Assembly: GCA_947459205.1 (NCBI GenBank) | Contig: CANHCR010000001.1 | Location: 74,870 to 138,869 of the forward strand | Source: Bacillales bacterium | GTDB taxonomy: Bacteria > Bacillota > Bacilli > Paenibacillales > CANHCR01 | Direction of reading: 5' to 3' | Length of the DNA: 64,000 bases | Shown here: positions 1 to 9,449 of the stretch, piece by piece | How the letters are laid out: every line of letters starts with the position of its first letter | How positions within the stretch are numbered: the first letter of the stretch is position 1 | Notes under the pieces: generated by a model | Database searches by the model: none | What the model saw: only the letters and a program-made list of their open reading frames with translations | What the model was told of the DNA's origin: nothing | Program-made: the position numbers and the translations under genes

Positions 1-10
1 GCAAGCACAA

Positions 11-1489
11 GTGAAACTGGAACAACTGTCGCAACTTTTGATGCAAATGAAAACACTTTCGGATCAGATTACGGGGCAAAATAGCGCCCAACCGAATGTT
101 GCGAAAAAATCAGAGGCGACGCGCTCGCCAATCGGGTTTTATGGTCCGATGAATACTCAAAATACGCCACCACAGGCATCACAGGGTAATGTTCAAAATA
201 ATAAACAGACGGCATCAATAAATAGTCGGCAAACAGAAATGGCAAACCTTGCTTATGGAAATCCAGAACGTAACGTAACGCCGGCGCCGACATTTGCAAA
301 TGACGGAAATTCGACCGGTGCGTCCTCTCGAAATCCGCAAATGGCTCAAGCGCCGCAAACTGCGCAGACAGGCCAAATAGGGCAGACAAACCAAGTTCCG
401 CAAACCGCGCAAAATCTGCAAAATGCACAAACGTCGCAGCCAGCGCAATCAGCACAATCGGCGCAACTCGGGCAACCGGCACAACCAGGGCAACCGGGGC
501 AACTCGGGCAAACGACGCAAGCACCTCAAGCACCACAAACGCCGCAAATGTCGCAGGCAGCACCTATATCGCAATCTGCTCAATCAGCGCAAACGGCGCA
601 AACGGCGCAAATTCCATTGAATCAACAAACGAGCGCATCGAATCAGGCTGCGACAATCAATGCCCCAATTACGAATAACTGGGCACCACAAACACCGAAC
701 AATTATGTTTCGTCCGGTGCTTACTCGCTTCAAAATAAAAATGGCGAACCGCAAATTGTTCAACAGTTGCTTCGTCATATGGGGATTCAGACTGAGCATG
801 GTTTGGCACAGTCGGTAAAACAAACCGAGACGGAACTGGCGGTCCAGCAAACCAGGCAATCGATGCAACAACTTGCTGCGAATATGCCGCCACAACCTGC
901 AAACGCTCCAGGTAGTGCGCTGAACCCGCTTGATTCATTTAAGGGAGCCCTCATGCAACTGCTTAGTATGAACGATATGCCGCCAGCGATGAAGGGAACT
1001 GTAGAGTCATTGGTACAACACATTACCGGTCAGCAACTATTGATGACGCCAGATAAATTCGGTTCGTTTTCCTATGTGACAATGACTGTTCCACTTTTTG
1101 ACCAACAGTCCGAAGGTCAGACGGCCGAGGTGTTCATTCAGTCGCGCAAGGGGAAAAAAGGACAATTGGATCCGAAAAACTGTCGCTTGCTTTTCGACTT
1201 GAACATGAATGCAATCGGTCAGACCCTGGTCGACGTGCAGGTGGTCGATCGCATCGTAAATGTATACGTGATGAATGATAATCCTGGTGTACAATCGATG
1301 TTTGAAATCTCGCGTGAAGAAATTGCCACGAGCATGGAAGGACTAGGATATCAGTTTTTGTCGTTGAAAGTATCCGATTATCCGCAAAGTCTCGGTGATT
1401 TGGAACCGCAGAAGGAATCGGAAGCGGGCGCCCACAAGTTACCGACGCAAAACGGTCAAAATTATCGAGGGGTGGACTACCGAGTATGA
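11..1489 (+). CDS. Q-rich FliK-like protein (hook-length-control C-terminal-domain-like). The frame is open to the window edge, so the 5' end may be truncated.
   Basis: 492-aa ORF with a long X-X-Q periodic tract. The C-terminal ~100 aa (LLFDLNMNAIGQTLVDVQVVDRIVNVYV...GLGYQFLSLKV) follow the same pattern as the C-terminal domain of the operon FliK at 21918-23405. The stop overlaps the next gene's start (ATGA). It occupies the ylqG position upstream of ylqH, as in B. subtilis. Confidence 0.55.
   Translation: MKLEQLSQLLMQMKTLSDQITGQNSAQPNVAKKSEATRSPIGFYGPMNTQNTPPQASQGNVQNNKQTASINSRQTEMANLAYGNPERNVTPAPTFANDGNSTGASSRNPQMAQAPQTAQTGQIGQTNQVPQTAQNLQNAQTSQPAQSAQSAQLGQPAQPGQPGQLGQTTQAPQAPQTPQMSQAAPISQSAQSAQTAQTAQIPLNQQTSASNQAATINAPITNNWAPQTPNNYVSSGAYSLQNKNGEPQIVQQLLRHMGIQTEHGLAQSVKQTETELAVQQTRQSMQQLAANMPPQPANAPGSALNPLDSFKGALMQLLSMNDMPPAMKGTVESLVQHITGQQLLMTPDKFGSFSYVTMTVPLFDQQSEGQTAEVFIQSRKGKKGQLDPKNCRLLFDLNMNAIGQTLVDVQVVDRIVNVYVMNDNPGVQSMFEISREEIATSMEGLGYQFLSLKVSDYPQSLGDLEPQKESEAGAHKLPTQNGQNYRGVDYRV
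332..610 (+). repeat. Coding low-complexity tract with strict 3-residue (9-nt) periodicity: about 31 consecutive triplets, 30 with Gln in the third position
   Basis: Read directly from the translation, aa 108-200: NPQ MAQ APQ TAQ TGQ IGQ TNQ VPQ TAQ NLQ NAQ TSQ PAQ SAQ SAQ LGQ PAQ PGQ PGQ LGQ TTQ APQ APQ TPQ MSQ AAP ISQ SAQ SAQ TAQ TAQ. Confidence 0.85.
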
Positions 1490-1809
1490 GCGAAGAGAAA
1501 GATCAAAAAACTTCTCTGGCTTCGAAAAAAGCAGTCGCACTCCGCTATTTGAAAGGTCAAGATCAAGCGCCGACCGTCATCGCCAAAGGACAAGGGCTTG
1601 TGGCGGAAACGATCATTCGCAAAGCGGCGGAGAACGGCGTGCATGTGCATGAAGATCCGTCACTTGTCGAAGTGCTGAGCAAACTTGATTTGGATTCGCA
1701 AATTCCTGCGGAGTTGTATCAGATGGTCGCTGAAATACTAACTTTCGTTTACAGTGTCGACAAGCGTGCTAGGGAAAGAGTGGATTTGTTTGGCGAAAAA
1801 CGATCGTAA
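1486..1809 (+). CDS. ylqH: Stand-alone FlhB C-terminal-domain-like protein (EscU/YscU/HrcU family, YlqH-like)
   Basis: The 107-aa product aligns by eye with the C-terminus of the operon FlhB in this window. KAVALRYLKGQDQAPTVIAKGQG...IPAELYQMVAEILTFVY matches YAVAIKYDPKKMSAPVVVAKGVD...IPGDLFKAVADVFAYVY. It begins just after the position of the NPTH autocleavage site. Confidence 0.8.
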   Translation: MSEEKDQKTSLASKKAVALRYLKGQDQAPTVIAKGQGLVAETIIRKAAENGVHVHEDPSLVEVLSKLDLDSQIPAELYQMVAEILTFVYSVDKRARERVDLFGEKRS

Positions 1810-2173
1810 ACAAACGGGTAAGTTGGGTGAGCAACTCGCCGTCCAGTATGTGATGCAGTTGCCGTCCGAGGAACGTTGGCGCATCGAAGCGCGCAATTGG
1901 CGCTGCCGCGTCGGTGAACTAGACTTAGTTGCGCGCGAAGGGGATGTGCTCGTTTTTTTCGAAGTACGCACCCGTCACGCGGGCGGAACGTTCGGCGAGG
2001 CTGCGGAATCGGTCGATACACGAAAACAACGTCAAGTTCGGCGCACGGCACTCCATTACATGACTGCGCATGGCTTGCATGAGGTGCCGGTCCGATTTGA
2101 CGTGATTGCTGTCACGTTGGATGCGGCAGATCAGCAGTTACGCCTCGAACATTATCGCAATGCTTTTTCATAA
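1754..2173 (+). CDS. YraN-family (UPF0102) endonuclease-like protein. The true start is probably TTG 1790.
   Basis: Motifs GEQLAVQYV...WRIEARNWRCRVGELDLVAREGDVLVFFEVRTR are typical of the YraN family. GGAAAGAG lies upstream of TTG 1790. The GTG 1754 start would overlap ylqH by 56 nt. Confidence 0.7.
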   Translation: MSTSVLGKEWICLAKNDRKQTGKLGEQLAVQYVMQLPSEERWRIEARNWRCRVGELDLVAREGDVLVFFEVRTRHAGGTFGEAAESVDTRKQRQVRRTALHYMTAHGLHEVPVRFDVIAVTLDAADQQLRLEHYRNAFS

Positions 2174-3768
2174 AGTTGTGCAAAACGATCGAGCGCACGC
2201 ATTTGTAGCGCCTCTGCCAGATGCGGATAGCGGATGCTGTCGCTGCCGTCTAAATCGGCGATGGTTCGTGCCATTCGCAGAATGCGGTCGTGCGCACGTG
2301 CACTCAACCCCATGTTCTTGTAGGCGGTTTGCATCAGTTTGCGACTTTCCTTGTCGAGCTGGCAATGTTTGCGCAAGCGCTCGCCATCGAGTTGGCTGTT
2401 ATAAAATGAGAGTGGAGCGTCGTTGTCCCGTTGCGGACAACGATTTTTTTGTATGTCGTGGGCAACTTGCACAGCGGCCCGCGCCTGTTCCGATGTCAGC
2501 AAATCGTGCTTCTGGGCTTCGTCCTGCTCGTGGATCAGATTGAACTCAACGGGCGACATTTCGACTTGGATGTCAATTCGATCGAGCAGCGGCCCTGATA
2601 GTTTGGCGCGATACTGGCGAATCCGGTGGATGGTGCAACGACATTCGCGTTCACCGCTGTAGTCGAAGCCGAGGTATCCGCAAGGACACGGGTTCATCGC
2701 CGCGAGCAGCATGAAGCGCGCAGGAAAGCGCAAGGTCGCACGAGCGCGACCGATGCTAACGAAGCGCTCCTCCAGCGGTTGGCGCAACATTTCCAACAAA
2801 TGACGCGGGAATTCGGGCAGCTCGTCGAGAAAAAGTACGCCACAATGGGCGAGACTGATTTCGCCGGGGCGAACGCGCGCATCGCCGCCGATTAAGTTGC
2901 TGAGCGTCGTCGAGTGATGTGGCGCACGAAACGGGCGTTTGCTGATGATGGCATCGCGTTCCGCCAATCGATTGGCGACGCTGTAAATTTTCGTTACTTC
3001 GAGCATCTCGCGTTCGTCGAGTGGCGGCAGGATGGAGATGAGTCGTTTGGCTAGCATCGTTTTCCCTGCACCTGGCGGTCCCAACATGAGCATGTTGTGC
3101 ATGCCTGCGGCGGCAATCATCAGCGCGCGCTTGGCACGTTGCTGCCCTTTGACGTCGGCCAAATCTGCATGACCGTAGCGCGCATCGTCATTCGTAGGAT
3201 TGCTGGGCAAGAGGTGATCGACGTTAACGACAATTTCAGTTTTCGGCTCACCATTCAATACGTGTGTCGCATCGCGCAAGTGGTGGAGCGGGTAAAATTT
3301 CAAATTGCTGACAAACACCGTTTCACTCATGTTGGCGGCCGGTAAAAAAACATAGTCAATGCCCGCTTTGCGCGCCATTTCCAACATCGGCAAAATTCCG
3401 CGCACCGCCCGCACCGTACCGTCCAGCGCCAATTCGCCGAGCCATAGACAACGCTCCAGTGGCAACTGCACATTTCCGACACGCCATTGCTCGCTGGTCA
3501 GCAAAATGCCCGCGGCCATCGCCAAATCAAATGAGGCCCCTTCTTTGCGCAAATCGGCGGGCGCTAAATTGATGGTGATGCGCTCCATCGGAAAACGATA
3601 GCCGCTATTTTTAATCGCCGCTCGCACACGCTCCAACGCCTCGCGCACGGCACTATCTGGCAAGCCGACGATGTTCATTTGTGGCAGTCCGTGCGTCAGA
3701 TCAATTTCTACTTCAATTTTCTTACCGTCAATACCTAGGGTACAAGCGCTCCATACTTTTCCGTACAT
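2152..3768 (-). CDS. comM: YifB/ComM-family Mg-chelatase-like ATPase
   Basis: 538 aa. N-terminal Lon-like domain (ACTLGIDGKKIEVEIDL..GLPQMNIVGLPD), Walker A GPPGAGKT and a C-terminal Mg-chelatase domain. Converges on yraN with a 22-nt overlap. Confidence 0.9.
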   Translation of the reverse strand: MYGKVWSACTLGIDGKKIEVEIDLTHGLPQMNIVGLPDSAVREALERVRAAIKNSGYRFPMERITINLAPADLRKEGASFDLAMAAGILLTSEQWRVGNVQLPLERCLWLGELALDGTVRAVRGILPMLEMARKAGIDYVFLPAANMSETVFVSNLKFYPLHHLRDATHVLNGEPKTEIVVNVDHLLPSNPTNDDARYGHADLADVKGQQRAKRALMIAAAGMHNMLMLGPPGAGKTMLAKRLISILPPLDEREMLEVTKIYSVANRLAERDAIISKRPFRAPHHSTTLSNLIGGDARVRPGEISLAHCGVLFLDELPEFPRHLLEMLRQPLEERFVSIGRARATLRFPARFMLLAAMNPCPCGYLGFDYSGERECRCTIHRIRQYRAKLSGPLLDRIDIQVEMSPVEFNLIHEQDEAQKHDLLTSEQARAAVQVAHDIQKNRCPQRDNDAPLSFYNSQLDGERLRKHCQLDKESRKLMQTAYKNMGLSARAHDRILRMARTIADLDGSDSIRYPHLAEALQMRALDRFAQLYEKALR

Positions 3769-3844
3769 TTTCTACCTCTTTTTAACATTTATTTACAATC
3801 AATATAGCGTATTTCAAAGGCAAATGCAATTTTTTCAAAAAAAT

Positions 3845-3873
3845 GTGCAACTCGTATCGTCGCATGGTAAAAT
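3845..3873 (+). promoter_or_regulatory. Candidate sigma-A promoter for sucCD (GTGCAA-N17-TAAAAT with extended -10 TG)
   Basis: TGGTAAAAT at 3866-3873 and a weak -35 at 3845-3850, about 45 nt upstream of the sucC ATG. Pattern match only. Confidence 0.3.
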
Positions 3874-3917
3874 GATAGAAGTGTGTTTATCGAACAAGAT
3901 TGGGAGGATTGCAAGAT

Positions 3918-5078
3918 ATGAACATCCATGAGTATCAGGGAAAAGAAGTGTTGCGTCAGTACGGCGTTGCGGTTCCGCGCGGCTACGTCGCATTCACTGC
4001 GGATGAGGCGGTTGCAGCTGCTGAGAAGCTTGGTTCGGCGGTGACGGTTGTGAAGGCGCAAATTCATGCTGGCGGACGCGGTAAGGCGGGCGGCGTGAAA
4101 ATTGCCAAAAGTGTGGAGCAGGTGCGCGAGTTTGCTAGCGAGTTACTGGGCAAGGTGCTCGTCACGCATCAGACCGGACCAGAAGGCAAAGAAGTGAAGC
4201 GTCTTCTTATTGAAGAAGGTTGCGATATCAAAAAGGAATACTACATCGGCATCGTCGTCGACCGGGCAACGGGCTGTGTGGTTGTGATGGCTTCGGAAGA
4301 AGGCGGTACGGAAATTGAAGAAGTAGCTGAGCATACGCCTGAGAAAATTTTCAAAGAAGTGGTCGATCCAGCTGTCGGCCTGCAACCGTTCCAAGCGCGC
4401 AAATTGGCGTTCGCTATCAACATTCCTGGGGAACTCGTCAACAAAGCGGTCAAATTTATGTTGGCGCTGTATAAGGCTTTTGTCGAAAAAGATTGCTCGA
4501 TTGCCGAAATCAATCCGCTCGTTGTTACAGGTGGCGGCGACGTGATGGCGCTTGATGCGAAATTGAACTTTGACTCCAATGCGTTGTTCCGTCACAAAGA
4601 CGTGCAATCGTTGCGCGATTTGGATGAAGAAGACGCGAAAGAAATTGAAGCGTCGAAATTCGATTTGAGTTACATTGCGCTTGACGGCAATATCGGTTGC
4701 ATGGTCAACGGTGCTGGCTTGGCGATGGCGACGATGGATATCATTAAACATTTTGGCGGTGAGCCAGCGAACTTCCTTGATGTTGGCGGCGGTGCGACGA
4801 CGGAGAAGGTCACGGAAGCGTTCAAAATCATTTTGTCTGATGCCGGCGTGAAGGGAATTTTCGTCAACATTTTTGGCGGCATTATGCGATGTGATGTAAT
4901 TGCCAATGGTGTGGTCGAAGCGGCGAAACAAGTCGGACTCGATCGTCCGCTGGTCGTTCGTCTTGAAGGGACAAACGTTGAGTTGGGACGCAAAATTTTG
5001 AACGAATCGGGTCTGGAAATTACGACAGCCAATTCGATGGCGGACGGCGCACAAAAAATTGTCGCGCTCGTGCAATAA
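3918..5078 (+). CDS. sucC: Succinate--CoA ligase (ADP-forming) beta subunit
   Basis: [17 protein letters not shown]... is the canonical SucC N-terminus. GGGAGG lies 10 nt upstream of ATG 3918. The ORF-track start at 3900 is a TTG inside the RBS. Confidence 0.95.
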   Translation: MNIHEYQGKEVLRQYGVAVPRGYVAFTADEAVAAAEKLGSAVTVVKAQIHAGGRGKAGGVKIAKSVEQVREFASELLGKVLVTHQTGPEGKEVKRLLIEEGCDIKKEYYIGIVVDRATGCVVVMASEEGGTEIEEVAEHTPEKIFKEVVDPAVGLQPFQARKLAFAINIPGELVNKAVKFMLALYKAFVEKDCSIAEINPLVVTGGGDVMALDAKLNFDSNALFRHKDVQSLRDLDEEDAKEIEASKFDLSYIALDGNIGCMVNGAGLAMATMDIIKHFGGEPANFLDVGGGATTEKVTEAFKIILSDAGVKGIFVNIFGGIMRCDVIANGVVEAAKQVGLDRPLVVRLEGTNVELGRKILNESGLEITTANSMADGAQKIVALVQ

Positions 5079-5101
5079 TCAGAAAGGAAGTGACATGACG
5101 A

Positions 5102-6046
5102 ATGAGCATTTTGATCAATAAAGATACGAAAGTGATTACGCAAGGGATTACGGGTGCGACGGGTTTGTTTCATACAAAAGGTGCGCTTGAGTACGGTTCA
5201 CAAATGGTGGGCGGTGTGACACCAGGTAAAGGCGGCACGTTCGTTGAGATTACGCTTGATAATGGTACGGTCGTCAAACAACCGGTATTCAATACTGTCG
5301 GCGAGGCTGTCGCTGCGACCGGCGCGAATGCTTCGGTCATTTATGTACCGCCGGCATTTGCTGCTGATGCGATCATGGAAGCGGTCGACGCTGAACTTGA
5401 CCTTGTCATCTGCATTACAGAAGGTATTCCGGTGCTTGATATGGTGAATGTGAAGCGTTATATGGAAGGTAAGAAAACGGTATTGGTCGGACCGAACTGT
5501 CCGGGCGTGATTACGCCAGACGAGTGCAAAATCGGCATCATGCCGGGTTACATTCATACGAAAGGGCATGTCGGCGTCGTATCGCGTAGCGGTACGCTAA
5601 CGTATGAAGCGGTACACCAGTTGACGACGCGTGGAATCGGTCAATCGACGGCTGTCGGTATCGGCGGCGATCCAGTGAAAGGCATGGAGTTTATTGACGT
5701 GTTGTCGCGCTTCAATGAAGATCCGGACACGTATGCAGTCATCATGATCGGTGAAATTGGCGGTACGGCGGAGGAAGAAGCGGCGGAGTGGATTGCTGCG
5801 AACATGAAGAAACCAGTTGTTGGTTTCATCGGCGGCAAGACGGCGCCTCCAGGCAAACGGATGGGACATGCTGGCGCGATCATTTCTGGCGGCAAGGGAA
5901 CGGCGGCTGAGAAAGTGGCGAAACTTGAGTCGTGCGGTATTCGCGTAGCGCCGACACCATCCGACATGGGTGCGACGCTTGTCGAAGTGTTGGTCGCTAA
6001 TCAGTTGCTTGAGAAATGCACAACCGCTACACCTGCAAATTCATAA
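5102..6046 (+). CDS. sucD: Succinate--CoA ligase alpha subunit
   Basis: [18 protein letters not shown]..., the phosphohistidine loop [11 protein letters not shown], and position immediately after sucC. Confidence 0.95.
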   Translation: MSILINKDTKVITQGITGATGLFHTKGALEYGSQMVGGVTPGKGGTFVEITLDNGTVVKQPVFNTVGEAVAATGANASVIYVPPAFAADAIMEAVDAELDLVICITEGIPVLDMVNVKRYMEGKKTVLVGPNCPGVITPDECKIGIMPGYIHTKGHVGVVSRSGTLTYEAVHQLTTRGIGQSTAVGIGGDPVKGMEFIDVLSRFNEDPDTYAVIMIGEIGGTAEEEAAEWIAANMKKPVVGFIGGKTAPPGKRMGHAGAIISGGKGTAAEKVAKLESCGIRVAPTPSDMGATLVEVLVANQLLEKCTTATPANS

Positions 6047-6059
6047 TTTATAAGACGAA

Positions 6060-6092
6060 CCTCTCCGAGTTGGACTTGGAGAGGTTTTTTGT
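6060..6092 (+). terminator. Rho-independent terminator after sucD
   Basis: CCTCTCC (6060-6066) pairs with GGAGAGG (6078-6084), followed by TTTTTT. Confidence 0.8.
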
Positions 6093-6145
6093 TGTATAAT
6101 ACCTTTAATTCCAATTTATAGAATTTAATTGAAAAGGAGTTAAAG

Positions 6146-7285
6146 GTGGAGCTACGAGAATTATTATTTATCATTCATCAACGGAACGGAGTGGGCAACG
6201 CAACGCTTTTGAAAATCATAGGAAGTGGTTTTGCTGCGCACGAACTTCGTTTGTTATCCTGTGAACAGTGGCAAGAAACAGTCGAGTCGAAACGTTTGGG
6301 CGAGATTATTTATGACAGCTTGCAGAACGATTGTTTGCAAAAACATTTGACGATTTATCGAAATCATGGTATTGATTTTATTACGCTGCTTGATGAGCGA
6401 TATCCGCCGCTGTTGAAGCAGATCAAAGACCCGCCGGTCATTTTGTACGGCAAGGGCGATTTGAGTTTGTTGAACATGTCATGCATCGCGATCGTCGGTA
6501 CGAGGGTGGCGACTGTGTATGGCAAACGTACGACCACACTTTTTTCGCGGGAGCTAGCTGAACGCGGGGTGTGCGTCGTCAGCGGCATGGCGAGCGGGGT
6601 TGACGGTTGTGCTCACGAGGGGGCATTGGCGGTGGGTGGGGCGACGATTGCCGTACTTGGTTGCTCGCTCGAATATGTATATCCGCGAGAGCATAAGGCA
6701 CTATATGAACAGGTAGCTACGCAAGGGTTGTTGCTGAGTGAATATCCGTTGATAACGCCACCGAAAGCAGGATTGTTTCCGATGCGTAACCGCATCATCG
6801 CTGGCTTAAGTCGAGGCATATTGGTGGTCGAGGCGGCCTTGCGCAGTGGATCGCTGATTACGGCGTATAACGGAGTCGACGAATCGCGTGATATTTTTGC
6901 AATCCCTGGACCGATCACCTCGCCGAAAAGTTTGGGTACATTAGATTTGATCAAACGCGGCGCCAAAATGGTAACCTCGGTTGATGAGATTCTCGAAGAG
7001 TACAAATATGATGAAACGTTCGCTGAGGCTTTGCGACCGCTCGGCGCTGATTCGGTTATGACTGCAAGTGTACCGCTAGCGAACAATTCACAACTGACGT
7101 CTGCACATCTGACGACGGCGGAACTTCGAGTGTTGGAGCAATTATCCGGTGAGCCGCTCGCATTTGACGAGTTGCTGGAATTGTTGCAATATGATTTTGG
7201 ACAACTGCATGCTCTTCTGTTATCGTTATTATTGAAGAAACGCATCTTGCAACATCCCGGAATGTGCTATACTTTGAATCATTAA
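6146..7285 (+). CDS. dprA: DNA-processing protein DprA (Smf) with a C-terminal winged-helix extension
   Basis: Rossmann-like core GMASGVDGCAHEGALAVGGATIAVLGCSLEYVYPREH. AAAGGAG lies 7 nt upstream of GTG 6146. Sits in the conserved position before topA. Confidence 0.9.
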   Translation: MELRELLFIIHQRNGVGNATLLKIIGSGFAAHELRLLSCEQWQETVESKRLGEIIYDSLQNDCLQKHLTIYRNHGIDFITLLDERYPPLLKQIKDPPVILYGKGDLSLLNMSCIAIVGTRVATVYGKRTTTLFSRELAERGVCVVSGMASGVDGCAHEGALAVGGATIAVLGCSLEYVYPREHKALYEQVATQGLLLSEYPLITPPKAGLFPMRNRIIAGLSRGILVVEAALRSGSLITAYNGVDESRDIFAIPGPITSPKSLGTLDLIKRGAKMVTSVDEILEEYKYDETFAEALRPLGADSVMTASVPLANNSQLTSAHLTTAELRVLEQLSGEPLAFDELLELLQYDFGQLHALLLSLLLKKRILQHPGMCYTLNH

Positions 7286-7310
7286 TCCATCGAAGGAGGA
7301 GTTTCACAAG

Positions 7311-9428
7311 ATGCCAAAGAAACAGCCTGCTAAGCAAGGCGAAACACTGGTGATCGTCGAATCACCGACGAAAGCCAAAACGATTCAAAAATATTTGGGA
7401 GGCAAGTACAGAGTGATTGCTTCGGTCGGTCACATTCGCGACTTGCCGAAAAGTAAGCTCGGTGTCGACATCGGGCAAAAGTTTCAACCCGAATATATTA
7501 CGGTGCGCGGTAAGGGCGATGTGCTCAAAAGTTTGCGTGATGCGAAGAAAAAAGCGTCCCGTGTATTTCTCGCAGCCGACCCTGATCGTGAAGGTGAATC
7601 GATCGCATGGCATCTTGCGACTTACCTCAATATCGATGAAAACGACGCGTGTCGTGTTGTGTTCAATGAAATTACGAAAGATACGGTGAAAGAAGCGTTC
7701 AAGTCGCCGCGCAAAATTAACATGAATTTGGTCGATGCACAGCAGACTCGACGGATTTTGGACCGCATCGTCGGCTATAAAATTAGTCCGCTTCTTTGGA
7801 AAAAAGTGAAAAAAGGGCTGTCGGCCGGACGTGTTCAGTCTGTGACGGTGAAATTGATTATCGACCGCGAACGTGAGATTGAGGCGTTTAAGGAAGAAGA
7901 GTATTGGTCGTTGCATGTTCAGTTGAGTGATGGTAGCCAGTCATTTCAAGCGAAATTCGTCAAATTTGGCGGCAAAGATTTTCCGATGCCGAACGAGCAA
8001 GCGATGCAAGTGATTGCGGCTCACGTGCAGGCGGCGACATTCACCGTCAACCAAGTGGTCGAAAAGGAGAAGTATCGTCAGCCGTCGGCGCCGTTTATTA
8101 CCAGTACGATGCAGCAGGAGGCGGCGCGCAAATTGAACTTCCGCACGAGCCGGACAATGTCGGTTGCGCAGAAACTGTACGAGGGTATCGATATCGGCAA
8201 GGAGGGCACGGTCGGTTTGATTACGTATATGCGTACCGATTCGACACGTGTTTCGCAGACTGCACAAGACGAGGCAAAACAGTACATTACGAGTGAATAC
8301 GGCGCTAATTATGTACCGGCACAACCGCGTAATTTTTCGAAAAAAGCGGCGGCACAAGATGCGCATGAAGCGATTCGACCGACGTCAGTGTTGCGTACGC
8401 CGGATATGTTGAAGGCGTATTTGGACCGTGATCAACATAGGTTGTACAAATTAATTTGGGAACGATTTGTCGCGAGTCAGATGGCGACTGCGGTGTATGA
8501 TGCGATGACTGTCGATGTGGCGGCAGGGCAAGCGTTGTTCCGTGCCAATGGATCGAAGATTAAATTTGCTGGCTTTACGAAAGTGTATGAAGAAGGACGC
8601 GACGATGAGTCGACGGAGGAACATCACGTTTTGCCGGCGCTGCAGGCACAACAGCAGCTGATCAACGAAAAACTCGATCCGAAGCAGCATTTCACGCAAC
8701 CGCCACCACGCTATACTGAGGCGCGCTTGATTCGTGAGCTTGAGGAAAACGGGATTGGTCGTCCGAGCACGTATTCGGCGACGTTGGAGACGATTCAAAA
8801 GCGCGGCTATGTGGCGCTTGATAGCAAAAAGTTTATGCCGACGGAATTGGGCCGGTTGGTGAACGATTTGATGGAAGAGTTTTTTGCTGAAATTCTCGAT
8901 GTCGAGTTTACCGCCGGCTTTGAGAGCAAATTGGACAGTGTCGAAGAGGGTAAAGATAACCGCATTCACGTGCTTGAGGATTTTTATCAGCCATTTTCCG
9001 GATTGCTGACGAAAGCGGAAGAGGAAATGAAGGACGTTGTCCTTAAAGATGAAGAGTCGGATGAAATTTGTGACAAGTGCGGGCGCAACATGGTGATTAA
9101 GCTCGGCAAGAAAGGCAAGTTTTTAGCTTGTCCGGGGTTCCCTGAGTGCCGCAATACGCGCAACATTGTGAAAGATACGGGCGTTACTTGTCCGTCATGT
9201 AAAGTCGGCAGGTTAGTGGAGCGCAAAGGAAAGAAGCGTTTGTTCTTTGGCTGTACGGAGTATCCGACGTGCAATCACGTGAGCTGGGACCGACCGCTGA
9301 AGACGCCGTGCCCATCATGTGGCTCGTTGCTAATCACGAAAAAAGAGCGTGGTCAGCAGAAAGCGATTTGCGGATCTTGCGGATTCAATGATTTGCTAGA
9401 GAAAGTCGAGCCAGACGAATCAAAATAG
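7311..9428 (+). CDS. topA: DNA topoisomerase I
   Basis: 705 aa. Toprim N-terminus LVIVESPTKAKTIQKYLG, active-site region GLITYMRTDS, and C-terminal Cys4 zinc ribbons. Confidence 0.97.
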   Translation: MPKKQPAKQGETLVIVESPTKAKTIQKYLGGKYRVIASVGHIRDLPKSKLGVDIGQKFQPEYITVRGKGDVLKSLRDAKKKASRVFLAADPDREGESIAWHLATYLNIDENDACRVVFNEITKDTVKEAFKSPRKINMNLVDAQQTRRILDRIVGYKISPLLWKKVKKGLSAGRVQSVTVKLIIDREREIEAFKEEEYWSLHVQLSDGSQSFQAKFVKFGGKDFPMPNEQAMQVIAAHVQAATFTVNQVVEKEKYRQPSAPFITSTMQQEAARKLNFRTSRTMSVAQKLYEGIDIGKEGTVGLITYMRTDSTRVSQTAQDEAKQYITSEYGANYVPAQPRNFSKKAAAQDAHEAIRPTSVLRTPDMLKAYLDRDQHRLYKLIWERFVASQMATAVYDAMTVDVAAGQALFRANGSKIKFAGFTKVYEEGRDDESTEEHHVLPALQAQQQLINEKLDPKQHFTQPPPRYTEARLIRELEENGIGRPSTYSATLETIQKRGYVALDSKKFMPTELGRLVNDLMEEFFAEILDVEFTAGFESKLDSVEEGKDNRIHVLEDFYQPFSGLLTKAEEEMKDVVLKDEESDEICDKCGRNMVIKLGKKGKFLACPGFPECRNTRNIVKDTGVTCPSCKVGRLVERKGKKRLFFGCTEYPTCNHVSWDRPLKTPCPSCGSLLITKKERGQQKAICGSCGFNDLLEKVEPDESK

Positions 9429-9449
9429 AACAGGAATGGAGTTTTTGCG

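Noticed and set aside
4143-5075. 310-aa ORF on the minus strand, fully antisense to sucC
   Set aside because: sucC on the plus strand is unambiguous. The antisense translation is R/F/N-rich with no recognisable motif or RBS. Such long shadow ORFs are typical opposite highly expressed genes.
6613-7245. 210-aa minus-strand ORF antisense to dprA
   Set aside because: It is a shadow ORF inside a confidently identified gene, with S/N/C-rich nonsense composition.
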